A program made the position numbers and the translations under genes. The notes under the pieces were generated by a model. The model had not been told where the DNA came from, did no database searches, and saw only the letters and a program-made list of their open reading frames with translations. Shown one piece after another: positions 1-8,452 of a DNA stretch of 15,417 nt. Every line of letters begins with the position of its first letter. Position 1 is the first letter of the stretch. This stretch comes from an uncultured Desulfobacteraceae bacterium (GTDB lineage: Bacteria; Desulfobacterota; Desulfobacteria; Desulfobacterales; SKZT01), in assembly GCA_964575975.1 (NCBI GenBank), contig CAZNTU010000130.1, positions 1 to 15,417 on the forward strand, given 5' to 3'.

Positions 1-171
1 AGGGGGGTGTTGTTTCCGGTGAACAATGGATCGAACATGCCACACAGACACCCCCATAGCCCCCCTCAAGGGGGGAATTGCACCGCTCTCCAACCGCACG
101 GGTCGATAAATTCGGCATGTTACCCGTTAAGTTTACAATGTCAAAATAACCAATCTCCAATAACCAACAAC

Positions 172-966
172 CTACTTGAACAGCTTCATATCCTCCGCGA
201 TCCGATGGTAAGGCTCGGGGAACTCCGGCTGGAAATTCTGATAGAAGGTCACGGGATAGCGCGCGCCGATTTTTTTGCCGGCGTTCTTCAACCCGTTGTA
301 CAATAAAGGAAGGTCCTTTCCAGGGAGACTTAACACCATTTCGTCGTCCTGAGTCATGGAAAAGATTCTATCTCCCATGCCCGGCATGGAAATCCTGGGT
401 TCCCCGGTCTTATGCGGAGCAAGAAGATATTCGGTGCATTCCACCTTTCCCCCGAAATTGCCGGCGATCCGCTTTCCCGTTTCAAAGACCAGGGCTTGGA
501 CCATCCTCATGATTTGAGCCGGGTTTCCGTAGATCGCCACCGTATCCGGCTCGAACGCGTTTTTCATGAGAGGAGCCATCAGAATCGACCTTTCGGGATT
601 GTTTTCGAGGCGAATCATCGAACGGATTTCATCCTGGGCGTTCTCCTCCTTTTTCGCGAACTCGACTTCGCAAAAAAGGCCTCCCATGGTTTGCCCCGGA
701 TCGGGAGCGTCAGTAAACCCAAATGCGAGCATGGCGGGCAGGCAAATCAAATCCTCCCGAGTCAGTCCCACGGTCCAGCCGTAGACGCGGGCCATGGTTA
801 CCCCCTGGCAGATGGTCACGCGCTTTTTCAACACCGCCGAGGGTCTCCGGGTTTTATCCGGAAAAGAATCGGTCTTTTCCAGAATTTTCACCCCGATCAG
901 CAGGGTTTTCAACCTCAGATCCTCTCTAACGTAATTGGCCGCTTCCCTGTAATCCGTTTTTTCCAT
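172..966 (-). CDS. DUF169/COG2043-like protein of unknown function (264 aa). Start taken at the ATG at 964-966, not at the track's longer ORF start at 1197
   Basis: Long minus-strand ORF. The in-frame ATG at 966 has an AGGGAG Shine-Dalgarno about 7 nt upstream. The extension to 1197 would run through AT-rich, repeat-dense intergenic DNA. The family call comes from memory of sequence character only; no search was possible. Confidence 0.6.
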   Translation of the reverse strand: MEKTDYREAANYVREDLRLKTLLIGVKILEKTDSFPDKTRRPSAVLKKRVTICQGVTMARVYGWTVGLTREDLICLPAMLAFGFTDAPDPGQTMGGLFCEVEFAKKEENAQDEIRSMIRLENNPERSILMAPLMKNAFEPDTVAIYGNPAQIMRMVQALVFETGKRIAGNFGGKVECTEYLLAPHKTGEPRISMPGMGDRIFSMTQDDEMVLSLPGKDLPLLYNGLKNAGKKIGARYPVTFYQNFQPEFPEPYHRIAEDMKLFK

Positions 967-1000
967 GTCATGCTCCCTTGTCGGTTTGGATGAGTTTTTT

Positions 1001-1042
1001 AGCATGCTCTTTTCGGATTTTCGGACTTTCCCGAAAAATCCG
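1001..1042. promoter_or_regulatory. Cluster of dyad and direct repeats in the 5' region of the DUF169 gene: AGCATGCT palindrome (1001-1008), tandem TTTTCGGA x2 (1010-1025) and an inverted copy CCGAAAAATCCG (1031-1042)
   Basis: Read directly from the sequence. Sits 35-75 nt upstream of the minus-strand ATG at 966. Could be an operator, or a 5' UTR hairpin on the minus transcript (CGGATTTTTCGG ... CCGAAAATCCG). Confidence 0.3.
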
Positions 1043-1103
1043 TAGTTTTGTTCGAAGACGGGAGACACTTTTTGCGTTTCATAAATGCCCGTTTTCCTAG
1101 CCT

Positions 1104-1134
1104 TTGATTCCCAAAGTGAAGGTCTTGATTCCCA
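1104..1134. repeat. Direct repeat TTGATTCCCA x2 (1104-1113 and 1125-1134), 21 bp centre to centre
   Basis: Exact 10-mer seen twice. Two helical turns apart, in the divergent DUF169/PHP intergenic region. Confidence 0.5.
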
Positions 1135-1291
1135 CAATATTGTTCGTACTATTAATTTTCGTGCAATTTTCCACCTTATCCGTTGCGATCTTTTCAAGAT
1201 CCGATCGTAAAAACATGTTTCGATTCGCAGCTATTGCTGGGGAACCGAAACGAACAAAACTTAAATTCACGAAGCACGGGAGTCAAGAACT

Positions 1292-1951
1292 TTGATTATC
1301 GACATGCACAATCACACGAACATATCGTCCATATGCAGCGTTCTTCGTCCGGAAGAACTGATCGAGACGGCGAGGTCTCGGGGTTTGGATGGAATCTGTG
1401 TAACGGAGCACAATACCCTCCAGGGGGCCAATGTCGCAGCCGACCTCGGACGCAGGATGAAGTTCCCGGTTTTCAGAGGGCTGGAGGTCTCTACGGATGT
1501 TGGAGACATGCTGGTTTTCGGATACTACAAGGATATTCCCCAGGGGACGCCTTTGCCGGAATTGTGCAAAATCGTCCACGCTGAAGGAGGGGTTTTATTC
1601 GCAGCCCATCCCTTCTATCTGCGGGGAGGATGGAACCTTTATTCCGGGATGAAAAAAAAGATGCGCATCGATTTGGAAACCGGCTGGTGGAAGGCTGAAA
1701 TTCTCGGGCAATTGGACGGCATCGAAATCAGGAACGGCAATGTCGATCACGACAACAACCGGAAAGCCGAGGAATTGGCCGAAAGACTGCACATACCGGG
1801 CATAGGCGGAAGCGACGCCCACTCGGTGGACATGATCGCGAAAGCCGCGACGAAGTTCTCCAAGGACATTCATGACGAGGCGCAACTTGTCGCCGCGTTG
1901 AAATCCGGGGAATTCGAGGCTATGTATCTTCGCCGCGACACGATGCACTAG
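1292..1951 (+). CDS. PHP-domain metal-dependent phosphoesterase (219 aa)
   Basis: N-terminal DMHNHT motif, then VTEHN, AAHPF and GGSDAHS histidine/aspartate motifs typical of the PHP fold. TTG start at 1292 has GGGAG (1278-1282) 9 nt upstream. An alternative ATG lies at 1304. TAG stop at 1949-1951. Confidence 0.85.
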   Translation: MIIDMHNHTNISSICSVLRPEELIETARSRGLDGICVTEHNTLQGANVAADLGRRMKFPVFRGLEVSTDVGDMLVFGYYKDIPQGTPLPELCKIVHAEGGVLFAAHPFYLRGGWNLYSGMKKKMRIDLETGWWKAEILGQLDGIEIRNGNVDHDNNRKAEELAERLHIPGIGGSDAHSVDMIAKAATKFSKDIHDEAQLVAALKSGEFEAMYLRRDTMH

Positions 1952-2220
1952 CGCCCCTCGCTTGGCCGGCCGTTTTCAGCCGGAAAGCATAACCGGTCAA
2001 GCCCGCCGAAACTGCGGCGATCACGGCAATAAAGCCCAAAAACAACCAAACTTTGTTCTTCGCGTTGAAACATCAATCTCCGCTATAGCTCGTCCGTCGG
2101 GAAGCGCACGGCTAAAGCCGCAACTACAAACACGACGATTTCGTAATGGAAGCGTTTACGGTCAGGCCAAGAACGCGGCTTGCTTGGTCATGCATCCCGC
2201 AGCGCCTTGTTGCATTTGCA

Positions 2221-2249
2221 TGGCAAGTCCCTGAATAAACGGGTATAAT
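2221..2249 (+). promoter_or_regulatory. Candidate sigma70 promoter for the membrane-protein gene: perfect TATAAT at 2244-2249 with a weak TGGCAA -35 at 17 bp
   Basis: Hexamers seen in sequence. Downstream dyads GAAGATCTCC (2297-2306, 10-mer reading from 2296) and ATTGCGG-N16-CCGCAAT (2310-2339) could be operators. Confidence 0.3.
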
Positions 2250-2437
2250 AGGGTCTGTTCCGGTATATTCCGGCTATGGGACACGATCTTGATCGGAAGA
2301 TCTCCGGAGATTGCGGAAATTTTCCGAGAATACCGCAATGGGTTGTTGTCCCAAGTTGACGATGTCGAGCCACGATGCATAAGTTTCGACATAGGGTATA
2401 TGGACAAAGATCGAGAGGAACGAAAAAAGGATAAAAC

Positions 2438-3415
2438 ATGCAGAGATTGAATTTTTCGGATATTTTCCAAAGCAGAGACACTCACAAAAAAGTCATCAAG
2501 TTTGGTTTGGCGCTGTTTTTGGCGATGGAATTGTTCATTTACATCGGAGCTGCCAATCACACGGGAAAAGAGTCATGGGTGAACATTTACGATTCACAGG
2601 GCGAAAAAATCTACGAGACGCCCGGTACCGGTTTGACCAAATACGAAATCCACATTTTCGAAAGGTCGTTCGGTTCGCTGGAACAATATCGGATCCGAAC
2701 CGAAACCCGGAACAAGGAGTTTCCATTCAGGGCTTGGCTGGCCATTGCGGTGGGCGCTCCGATCGGACTTGCCCTTTTGATAATGTATTTGCTGCGCGCA
2801 TATTTGACATTTCTGGGAGACGATAAGACTCGGGACGGCGACTGGAACCCGACCGAAACAAACGGCCCCTCCCATCGAGCCGCCGCCAGATGGTTCGGTT
2901 GGAGCCGAATATCCATTTTTCACCTGGGGGGGTTTTTGATCGTATGCGTCCTGGCCGTATGGCTGGTCCCCGACTACATCGCCGACGCCGCCGGGGGATT
3001 GCTGGAGACGATCCTCCGATTCAAATGGTTCTTTCTAAGCATTTGCGCCTTCTTGGCTTCGCTGGTCGTATGGGTCATTTACTTGCGCTACCGAATGTCA
3101 CAGAGAATGATGGATCGCCAAATGGATCTGGAAAAGTTCCGAATGGAAAAACAGATGATGGTGGAAATGCAGAAGCTTCAGACAAGGGCATTGCCCCAGA
3201 CTACTGCGAGGGAATACGGCGAGCCGTTTAACAGCTCTGCAAACGACCTGTCTCAAAAAATAACGGACGGAATCCTTCCTGGAACCGTCGATGACAACAA
3301 TTCTACCGTTCGGGAAAATTCGGAAGAGAAAATGGAAACTGCCGAGGCGGAGGGTTTTGCGGACAATCCGGACAGAAACGGAATATGGCATTTCTTGAAA
3401 AGGAAATCGGGCTGA
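2438..3415 (+). CDS. Hypothetical integral membrane protein (325 aa). Four predicted TM helices, a roughly 60-aa extracytoplasmic loop, then a Met-rich coiled-coil segment and an acidic tail
   Basis: ATG at 2438 with AAGGA upstream. Hydrophobic stretches around residues 20-38, 100-120, 150-172 and 190-212. Segment RMSQRMMDRQMDLEKFRMEKQMMVEMQ holds 9 Met in 27 residues. Confidence 0.8.
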   Translation: MQRLNFSDIFQSRDTHKKVIKFGLALFLAMELFIYIGAANHTGKESWVNIYDSQGEKIYETPGTGLTKYEIHIFERSFGSLEQYRIRTETRNKEFPFRAWLAIAVGAPIGLALLIMYLLRAYLTFLGDDKTRDGDWNPTETNGPSHRAAARWFGWSRISIFHLGGFLIVCVLAVWLVPDYIADAAGGLLETILRFKWFFLSICAFLASLVVWVIYLRYRMSQRMMDRQMDLEKFRMEKQMMVEMQKLQTRALPQTTAREYGEPFNSSANDLSQKITDGILPGTVDDNNSTVRENSEEKMETAEAEGFADNPDRNGIWHFLKRKSG

Positions 3416-3469
3416 CATCGTTCATTTAAGTGAATCGATGCGTTGAAGCGCATATGCCTTGCAAACGCG

Positions 3470-3499
3470 CCCGTGAACCTAAACGGGTACGTTCACGGG
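3470..3499. terminator. Hairpin CCCGTGAAC-(12 nt loop)-GTTCACGGG between the convergent membrane-protein and MFS genes. No U-tract
   Basis: 9-bp perfect stem seen in sequence. It overlaps the MFS stop codon at 3493-3495. The absent T-run makes intrinsic-terminator function uncertain. Confidence 0.3.
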
Positions 3500-4655
3500 C
3501 AAAGCCGCCTCCATTTCTTCATTCCCCATACGAAAAATACCGCAGCCAAAACTCCGGAGACCGCCGAGACGACTGCCACGCCGGAAATTCCGAAAGCGGT
3601 CCACAAGGGCCCCCCGAACAGCGCTCCGGCCACTCTTCCCATTCCCGACGCCGCCAGGAAGCCGGACATCATGGTGGCTCTGCTTTGGGGAAGCAATTCG
3701 GTGCAGAGCGAGAGACTCGAAACAATTGTAAATTCGTATGTCAGAAAAATCAGGAAAATTACCGTCAGCGCGAAAGGCAAGTACGCGTCGCAGAACGGCA
3801 ATGGCAAATAGCAGCATGTGGACAAGACGGTTCCTGCCAAGACGGCTCGCTTCAGCCCGATCCTGTCCGATACGAAAGCGGTCAGAAACTCTCCGGACAA
3901 CTCTGCGGCGCCTATGACCGCAGCTCCGAAGCCCAGCGCGATCAGGCTCATGTCGAAGGTCTTTTCGAACCATGCTCCATAAATCACGAAAAGATTGTCG
4001 TTGGCAGCGCTGACAAAAAACGAGAATCCAAGCATACCTACGGAGGATTTTTTCCGGAACAATCCTTTCAACAATGCATGGCCCCCCCCCCCGACCGAGG
4101 AACTTTCTCCCGCGCCTTGTCTCCTCTGCACAACAACGTAAAAAGCAGAATGCCGACGAAGCCGAGCATGGCAATCGCAAAAAAAGGGGAACGCCATCCC
4201 CAGTTTTCCATCATTATTCCCACCAGGGGAATTCCCATCAACGCACTCCCGGCCCAACTTACCTCCAGAAGCCCGATTACCAAGCCACGACGTTCGAATG
4301 GGACTCTTCGTCCCACGTAAGCCTGCAAGGACGGGTCGAATACGTTTTTTCCAATCCCTGCGAGAGTAAGGCCCGCGAAGACGAAAGCGTAGACAGGAAA
4401 AAAGGCGGCGGCGATCATTCCGGTCGAGAGCAGGCAGAGTCCGGTCAGCATCATGACCCGGTAGCCCATGCGGTCGGCGACGGGGCCGAAAAAAATGGCG
4501 AAAACGCCGGTCGCTTGGTTTGCAGCGAGAATCGGTGTGACAGCGGTCAAGGGAACGTTCATTCCCCGACTCAGTTCGGGCGCGAACGGATAGGGAAAGC
4601 GCCTTGCGGTGTTCAACAGGAAACGGCATGAAACGACCAAGGCAAGTTTCAACAC
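3493..4655 (-). pseudogene. MFS-family transporter with its reading frame broken at a G11 (plus-strand C11) homopolymer at 4082-4092. The N-terminal half (frame of ORF 4068..4655) and C-terminal half (frame of ORF 3493..4659) are both intact
   Basis: The N-half carries MFS motif A (GPVADRMGYRVMM) after the first helix. The C-half is multi-TM. The two frames abut exactly at the homopolymer. One extra G (G12) would give ...KVPRSGGGGHALLKGLFRKK... continuously. GTG/TTG start at 4655/4652 with a weak RBS. Only 5 clear TMs in the N-half, so the N-terminus may also be degraded. Confidence 0.75.
4082..4092. repeat. C11 (minus-strand G11) homopolymer tract at the MFS frameshift site
   Basis: Counted directly: g at 4081, then 11 c at 4082-4092. 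Confidence 0.9.
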
Positions 4656-4677
4656 CCACAGGGACTTGGCGTTCGAA

Positions 4678-5934
4678 TCAGGAATCTTTCACCCTTTCGA
4701 TTTTGGCGTTCAAAGCGGCGAATTTCTTCTCGATGGATTCGTATCCCCGGTCTAGATGGTACACCCTATTGACGGTGGTTTCTCCTTTGGCGGCAAGTCC
4801 CGCCAGAATCAAGCTGGCGCTTGCCCTCAAGTCCGTCGCCATGACGGGTGCGCCGGTCAGCCTATCGACGCCCTTGACCATGGCCGTATTCCCGGAAATC
4901 TCGATGTCCGCGCCCATCCTTTGCAGTTCGCACACATGGATGAATCGGTTTTCGAAAATGTTTTCCGAAATGACGCTGGTGCCGTCGGCAAGGGTCATGA
5001 GCACCATGAACTGCGCTTGCATGTCCGTGGGATAGCCAGGATAAGGGAGCGTCTTCACGTTGGCGCTGGCGATTCTGTCCGCGCCTTGCACTCTAAGGCT
5101 CTTCCCGTTGACATCAATCAAAGCGCCGGTTTGTCTTAATTTGTTTATTACGGCCCCGAGATGGTCCGGTTCGCAACTTTCGATAAGCACGTCTCCCTTG
5201 GTCAGTGCTCCGGCGACCAGAAAGGTGCCGGTTTCGATTCTGTCCGGAATGATTTCAATTTCGGCGGGATGCAGCGATTCAACGCCCTTGATGGTTATCA
5301 CGGATGTTCCTGCGCCTTGGACGTTTGCACCCATTTTATTCAAGGCAACGCCCAATGCGGCGATCTCCGGCTCTCGCGCCACGTTTCGAAGCACCGTTTC
5401 CCCTTGTGCCAGCACGGCGGCCATCATCAGGTTCTCCGTACCGCCGACGGTTGGAACATCCAGATAGATGTCCGCTCCTTTCAGTTTTTCTGCGGAGGCC
5501 ACAACGTAACCGTGCTCGATCTCTATGGAGGCGCCCATTCGAGCGAGTCCCTTGAGATGCAGATTGATCGGACGCGCCCCGATGGCGCATCCTCCCGGAA
5601 GAGACACTCTTGCCTTTCCCAGTTGCGCCACGAGAGGTCCTAGAACCAGTATGGATGCCCTCATCTTTCTGACGAGGTCGTAAGGGGCAACAGAATTGTT
5701 CAGGCCGCCGGCGTCTATGGAAATCTCCGATTCGCTCGTTTCGACCTTGGCCCCCAAATGCGACAGCAAATCCTTGACGCTGTCGATGTCTTTCAGATTG
5801 GGAACGTTGGAATACGTGTTTTTCCCGTCCGTAAGAAGGGCCGACACCAGAATAGGAAGCGCCGCGTTTTTCGATCCGCTGATTTTCACCTCGCCCTTAA
5901 GAGGATGGCCGCCTTCGATGACAATTTTATCCAA
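4678..5934 (-). CDS. murA: UDP-N-acetylglucosamine 1-carboxyvinyltransferase MurA (418 aa), TTG start
   Basis: Collinear similarity to E. coli MurA from MDKIVIEGG... through ...[10 protein letters not shown]. Includes the active-site Cys in [11 protein letters not shown], so this is the fosfomycin-target type. The start codon at 5932-5934 is TTG, by alignment with the MDK N-terminus. Confidence 0.95.
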   Translation of the reverse strand: MDKIVIEGGHPLKGEVKISGSKNAALPILVSALLTDGKNTYSNVPNLKDIDSVKDLLSHLGAKVETSESEISIDAGGLNNSVAPYDLVRKMRASILVLGPLVAQLGKARVSLPGGCAIGARPINLHLKGLARMGASIEIEHGYVVASAEKLKGADIYLDVPTVGGTENLMMAAVLAQGETVLRNVAREPEIAALGVALNKMGANVQGAGTSVITIKGVESLHPAEIEIIPDRIETGTFLVAGALTKGDVLIESCEPDHLGAVINKLRQTGALIDVNGKSLRVQGADRIASANVKTLPYPGYPTDMQAQFMVLMTLADGTSVISENIFENRFIHVCELQRMGADIEISGNTAMVKGVDRLTGAPVMATDLRASASLILAGLAAKGETTVNRVYHLDRGYESIEKKFAALNAKIERVKDS

Positions 5935-5949
5935 TCGATTATTTCCCTA

Positions 5950-5990
5950 AAAGCCAAAAAGCGCTCCCCCGCCGGGAGAGCGCTTTTCGT
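5950..5990 (-). terminator. Intrinsic terminator for the minus-strand respiratory operon: 11-bp stem (AGCGCUCUCCC/GGGGGAGCGCU with one G-U pair), GGCG loop, then UUUUUGGCUUUU
   Basis: Read from sequence. Lies immediately downstream of the small ORF stop at 6017 and about 25 nt upstream of the murA TTG start. An A-run on the other side makes it weakly bidirectional. Confidence 0.8.
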
Positions 5991-6016
5991 TTTAAAAGCT
6001 ATTTATGCAGTCCGGA

Positions 6017-6196
6017 TCAGTGATGCCCTTCGTGGCCGCCATGGCCGTGGCTTCCCTGGCCTTTCACGGTATCGTATACGGTTTTCAGAACGACGAACGT
6101 CATTCCCGCGCCCAATATCGACAGAGCGTACCATAAACCGCCGTGAAAGACGAAGTGGCTCATATCCCAAATCCATTCAAAGGAAAACGGAAACAT
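6017..6196 (-). CDS. Unannotated small membrane protein (59 aa): MFPFSFEWIWDMSHFVFHGGLWYALSILGAGMTFVVLKTVYDTVKGQGSHGHGGHEGHH. Single TM helix plus a His-rich C-terminal tail
   Basis: Below the size cutoff of the ORF track. ATG at 6194-6196 (minus) has AAGGAGGG 7 nt upstream and lies only 18 nt after the qrcD stop. Stop TGA at 6017-6019. The terminator follows directly. Translated by hand from the sequence. Confidence 0.55.
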   Translation of the reverse strand: MFPFSFEWIWDMSHFVFHGGLWYALSILGAGMTFVVLKTVYDTVKGQGSHGHGGHEGHH

Positions 6197-6214
6197 ATTC
6201 TATCCCTCCTTCAA

Positions 6215-7540
6215 TCAGGCTGTTTTGGCTATAGCGGTCGGAGCAAAATCTCCGGCCGGCTCTTGCTCTGCTTCCTCCGCCTTTTCGGTCGCGGCGCCAG
6301 GCAAAGGATTCAATTCCTTTTCCTGGGGGAATACGGGCAGGTAGCGGTAGGACAGGGAAATCAGGATTATGCCGTAGGCTACCGGCAGAATGGTGGTCGC
6401 GATCTCCTGCCAGCTGGGGAAGTAGGTGAACCAGCTTTCGAACGGCATGACGGGAACGGCCAGCACTTGCAGGACCATGACCCAACGATTGACGCTAACG
6501 CCGACGCAAGCCAAAGTGACCGCGATCCAGAGGGCGACCTTGTTCTGCCTTCCGGCCTTGGTCACCAGGATCAGCGCGGGAACCACGCCGCCGAGCACCA
6601 CTTCGAGGAACAGAATCCAATAACCGTACGCCGAACCGGGATTGTTGGTGTAGAAGTCGGCCAGTGTGAATCCCATGGCGGGAGCCGTGTTGATCGCCCA
6701 GTAGACGGTATCGACGATCTTCGCCACGATGTAGGTCAAAAGCATCCAACCGGCGATCTTGGCCAACAGCTCAATCACGTTGTCCTTTACCAGCTTTTTG
6801 CCCGTGGCGACTTCCGTGATCTTCGTCACCAAGATTGTGAAGCACGGACCGCAGGCGGCGGCTGACCAAGTGAAGAGAAAGAAAGTCCAAGGCCAGATCA
6901 GAACGCCTTCGCGAAATCCGAAGGGCCGTCCGAAAAGCACGCCGGCGACGCCGCCCAGGGAGCCTTGATGGAAAAAGGACAGGAAGGCGCCGGTTGCGGC
7001 GAAGACGGCCATGAACTCGTGCATGTTGTGGCTTAAATTGTGGAAAAACGGGACTTTGTCGATCTGGCGGTTTTCCAGGACGAGAGGAATGTACTCTATG
7101 GTCAGAACCGCGAAGTAGCAGGACAGACAGAACGCCACTTCGGTAAGCATGGAGTGTACGTTCGCATGCCAGAAGATAAACCATCCTCTGAGCGGCTGAC
7201 CGATGTCGATCGCCAGAATCAGCAAGGCGGAACTGTAGCATATAAAGCCGATCAGAACCGCGTAGTTGATGATGTTCTTAAGTTCCTTCAGGTTGAAGAT
7301 GTAGCGTAAAAGCCCTGAGAAGAACGCGCCGCCGCCCAACGCGATCACCGCGAGGTCGGCCCAAATCCACAGGGCGAATCCGTACGCGTCGTTCATGTTG
7401 GTCTGGTTCAATCCTTTTACCCAACAAAGGATCATGGCGTAAACGCCAATGGCCAGAACCACGCCGACAGCGCCGATCCACAAGACAAACTTTCCGAGTG
7501 AACAGCGTTGGACACCCTCGGGAATTAATTCGGAATCCAT
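6215..7540 (-). CDS. qrcD: NrfD/PsrC-family polytopic membrane subunit (441 aa), QrcD-like quinone-interacting subunit
   Basis: About 10 hydrophobic helices. Size fits QrcD/ActC rather than the 8-TM PsrC. AGGAG RBS upstream of the ATG at 7540. Last gene of the cytochrome / Mo-family / Fe-S / NrfD module. Confidence 0.85.
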   Translation of the reverse strand: MDSELIPEGVQRCSLGKFVLWIGAVGVVLAIGVYAMILCWVKGLNQTNMNDAYGFALWIWADLAVIALGGGAFFSGLLRYIFNLKELKNIINYAVLIGFICYSSALLILAIDIGQPLRGWFIFWHANVHSMLTEVAFCLSCYFAVLTIEYIPLVLENRQIDKVPFFHNLSHNMHEFMAVFAATGAFLSFFHQGSLGGVAGVLFGRPFGFREGVLIWPWTFFLFTWSAAACGPCFTILVTKITEVATGKKLVKDNVIELLAKIAGWMLLTYIVAKIVDTVYWAINTAPAMGFTLADFYTNNPGSAYGYWILFLEVVLGGVVPALILVTKAGRQNKVALWIAVTLACVGVSVNRWVMVLQVLAVPVMPFESWFTYFPSWQEIATTILPVAYGIILISLSYRYLPVFPQEKELNPLPGAATEKAEEAEQEPAGDFAPTAIAKTA

Positions 7541-7612
7541 AAGGTATGCGCTCCTAAATGTTTAAACGGTTTCTATCACCACTGTTATTGCCTGAATATT
7601 GCAAAACCCCGA

Positions 7613-8428
7613 TCACTTATGGCCTCCGGCGGTTTTGGCGGCCTTGGCCACTTCCTTGGTTTCGCTTTCCAAGTAGTTGTCGCCCGACCTGCGGACCCAT
7701 TCCCTGGAGGAGACGTAATAAACTTTCGGATTGGTGTGAAGTCTTTCCAGGAGCCTGAACGCGTTGGGATTTTGTTTGAGTTCGTAAACCGCGTGCTTTG
7801 GATTGTCCAAGTCTCCGAACGTGATCGCGTCGACAGGACAGGCCTGGGCGCATGCGGTCTGATATTCATGCTCTTCCAGTTCCTTTCTTCCCTCGTAGAT
7901 GGCCTTGTCCATGGCCAACTGGTAGCGGTGGAAACAGAAACTGCATTTTTCGACGATACCGCGCATACGAACGGAAACGTTGGGGCTGAGATATTTTTCC
8001 ATTCCCTTGGGCCAGACCGGGTCCCACCAGTTGAAGTACCGGACATGGTAAGGACAGGCGGCCATGCAGTATCGGCACCCGAAACATCTCGTGTAAATCT
8101 GGCTGACAATGCCGGTTTCCATGCTGTAGTCGGTGGCGGTCGCGGGGCAGACCGAAACGCAGGGCGAATGCCCGTGCTCCCCGACGCCCGAACAATGCTG
8201 GCACGGTCTCGGAAGGTAGCAAATGTCCGTGTCCGGATAAGATTTGCCGTTGGTCAGCTTGTAAACCCGGAGCCACGTGATGCTCCGAATCTTATCCGTT
8301 TCGTCTTTCTTGAAAGGCACGTTGTTCTCCTGCATGCAAGCCACCATGCAGGCGCCGCACCCGGTGCATTTGTCCAGGTCGATGACCATACCGTATTTTT
8401 TGGCGTGTGTATTGTGTCCTTTTTCCAT
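7613..8428 (-). CDS. qrcC: Four-cluster [4Fe-4S] ferredoxin-type subunit (271 aa), QrcC/PsrB-like. No signal peptide
   Basis: Four Cys motifs: CTGCGACMVAC, CQHC-x10-C-x3-CP, CFGCRYCMAACP and CSFC...CAQACP. No N-terminal signal, consistent with Tat hitchhiking on the large subunit. Confidence 0.9.
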   Translation of the reverse strand: MEKGHNTHAKKYGMVIDLDKCTGCGACMVACMQENNVPFKKDETDKIRSITWLRVYKLTNGKSYPDTDICYLPRPCQHCSGVGEHGHSPCVSVCPATATDYSMETGIVSQIYTRCFGCRYCMAACPYHVRYFNWWDPVWPKGMEKYLSPNVSVRMRGIVEKCSFCFHRYQLAMDKAIYEGRKELEEHEYQTACAQACPVDAITFGDLDNPKHAVYELKQNPNAFRLLERLHTNPKVYYVSSREWVRRSGDNYLESETKEVAKAAKTAGGHK

Positions 8429-8452
8429 CAGAACCTCATATAGATTTTCAAT

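Noticed and set aside
60-75. CCCCCC-TCAA-GGGGGG hairpin, plus G6/C5/C6 runs in the first 80 nt downstream of the DUF169 gene
   Set aside because: No U-tract on either strand, so it was not called as a terminator. It may still be structured.
1104-1295. 63-aa ORF (TTG start) with a hydrophobic stretch, ending in a TTGA overlap with the PHP start
   Set aside because: No SD. It starts inside the TTGATTCCCA repeat and is built from AT-rich rare codons (ATA, CTA, TTA) unlike the neighbouring genes. More likely intergenic DNA, though the TTGA overlap is noted.
1962-2234. 90-aa plus-strand ORF right after the PHP stop, plus a possible 41-aa minus-strand TM-like ORF around 1920-2075
   Set aside because: Arg-rich low-complexity translation with no ATG and no SD. 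The minus-strand candidate overlaps the PHP 3' end.
2162-2560. 132-aa minus-strand ORF overlapping the start of the membrane-protein gene
   Set aside because: It overlaps a better-supported gene, has no RBS, and its translation shows no family features.
4668-4680. GTTCGAATC tRNA T-loop-like motif
   Set aside because: It lies inside the murA 3' end / MFS 5' junction with no acceptor or anticodon arm context, so it is a chance match.
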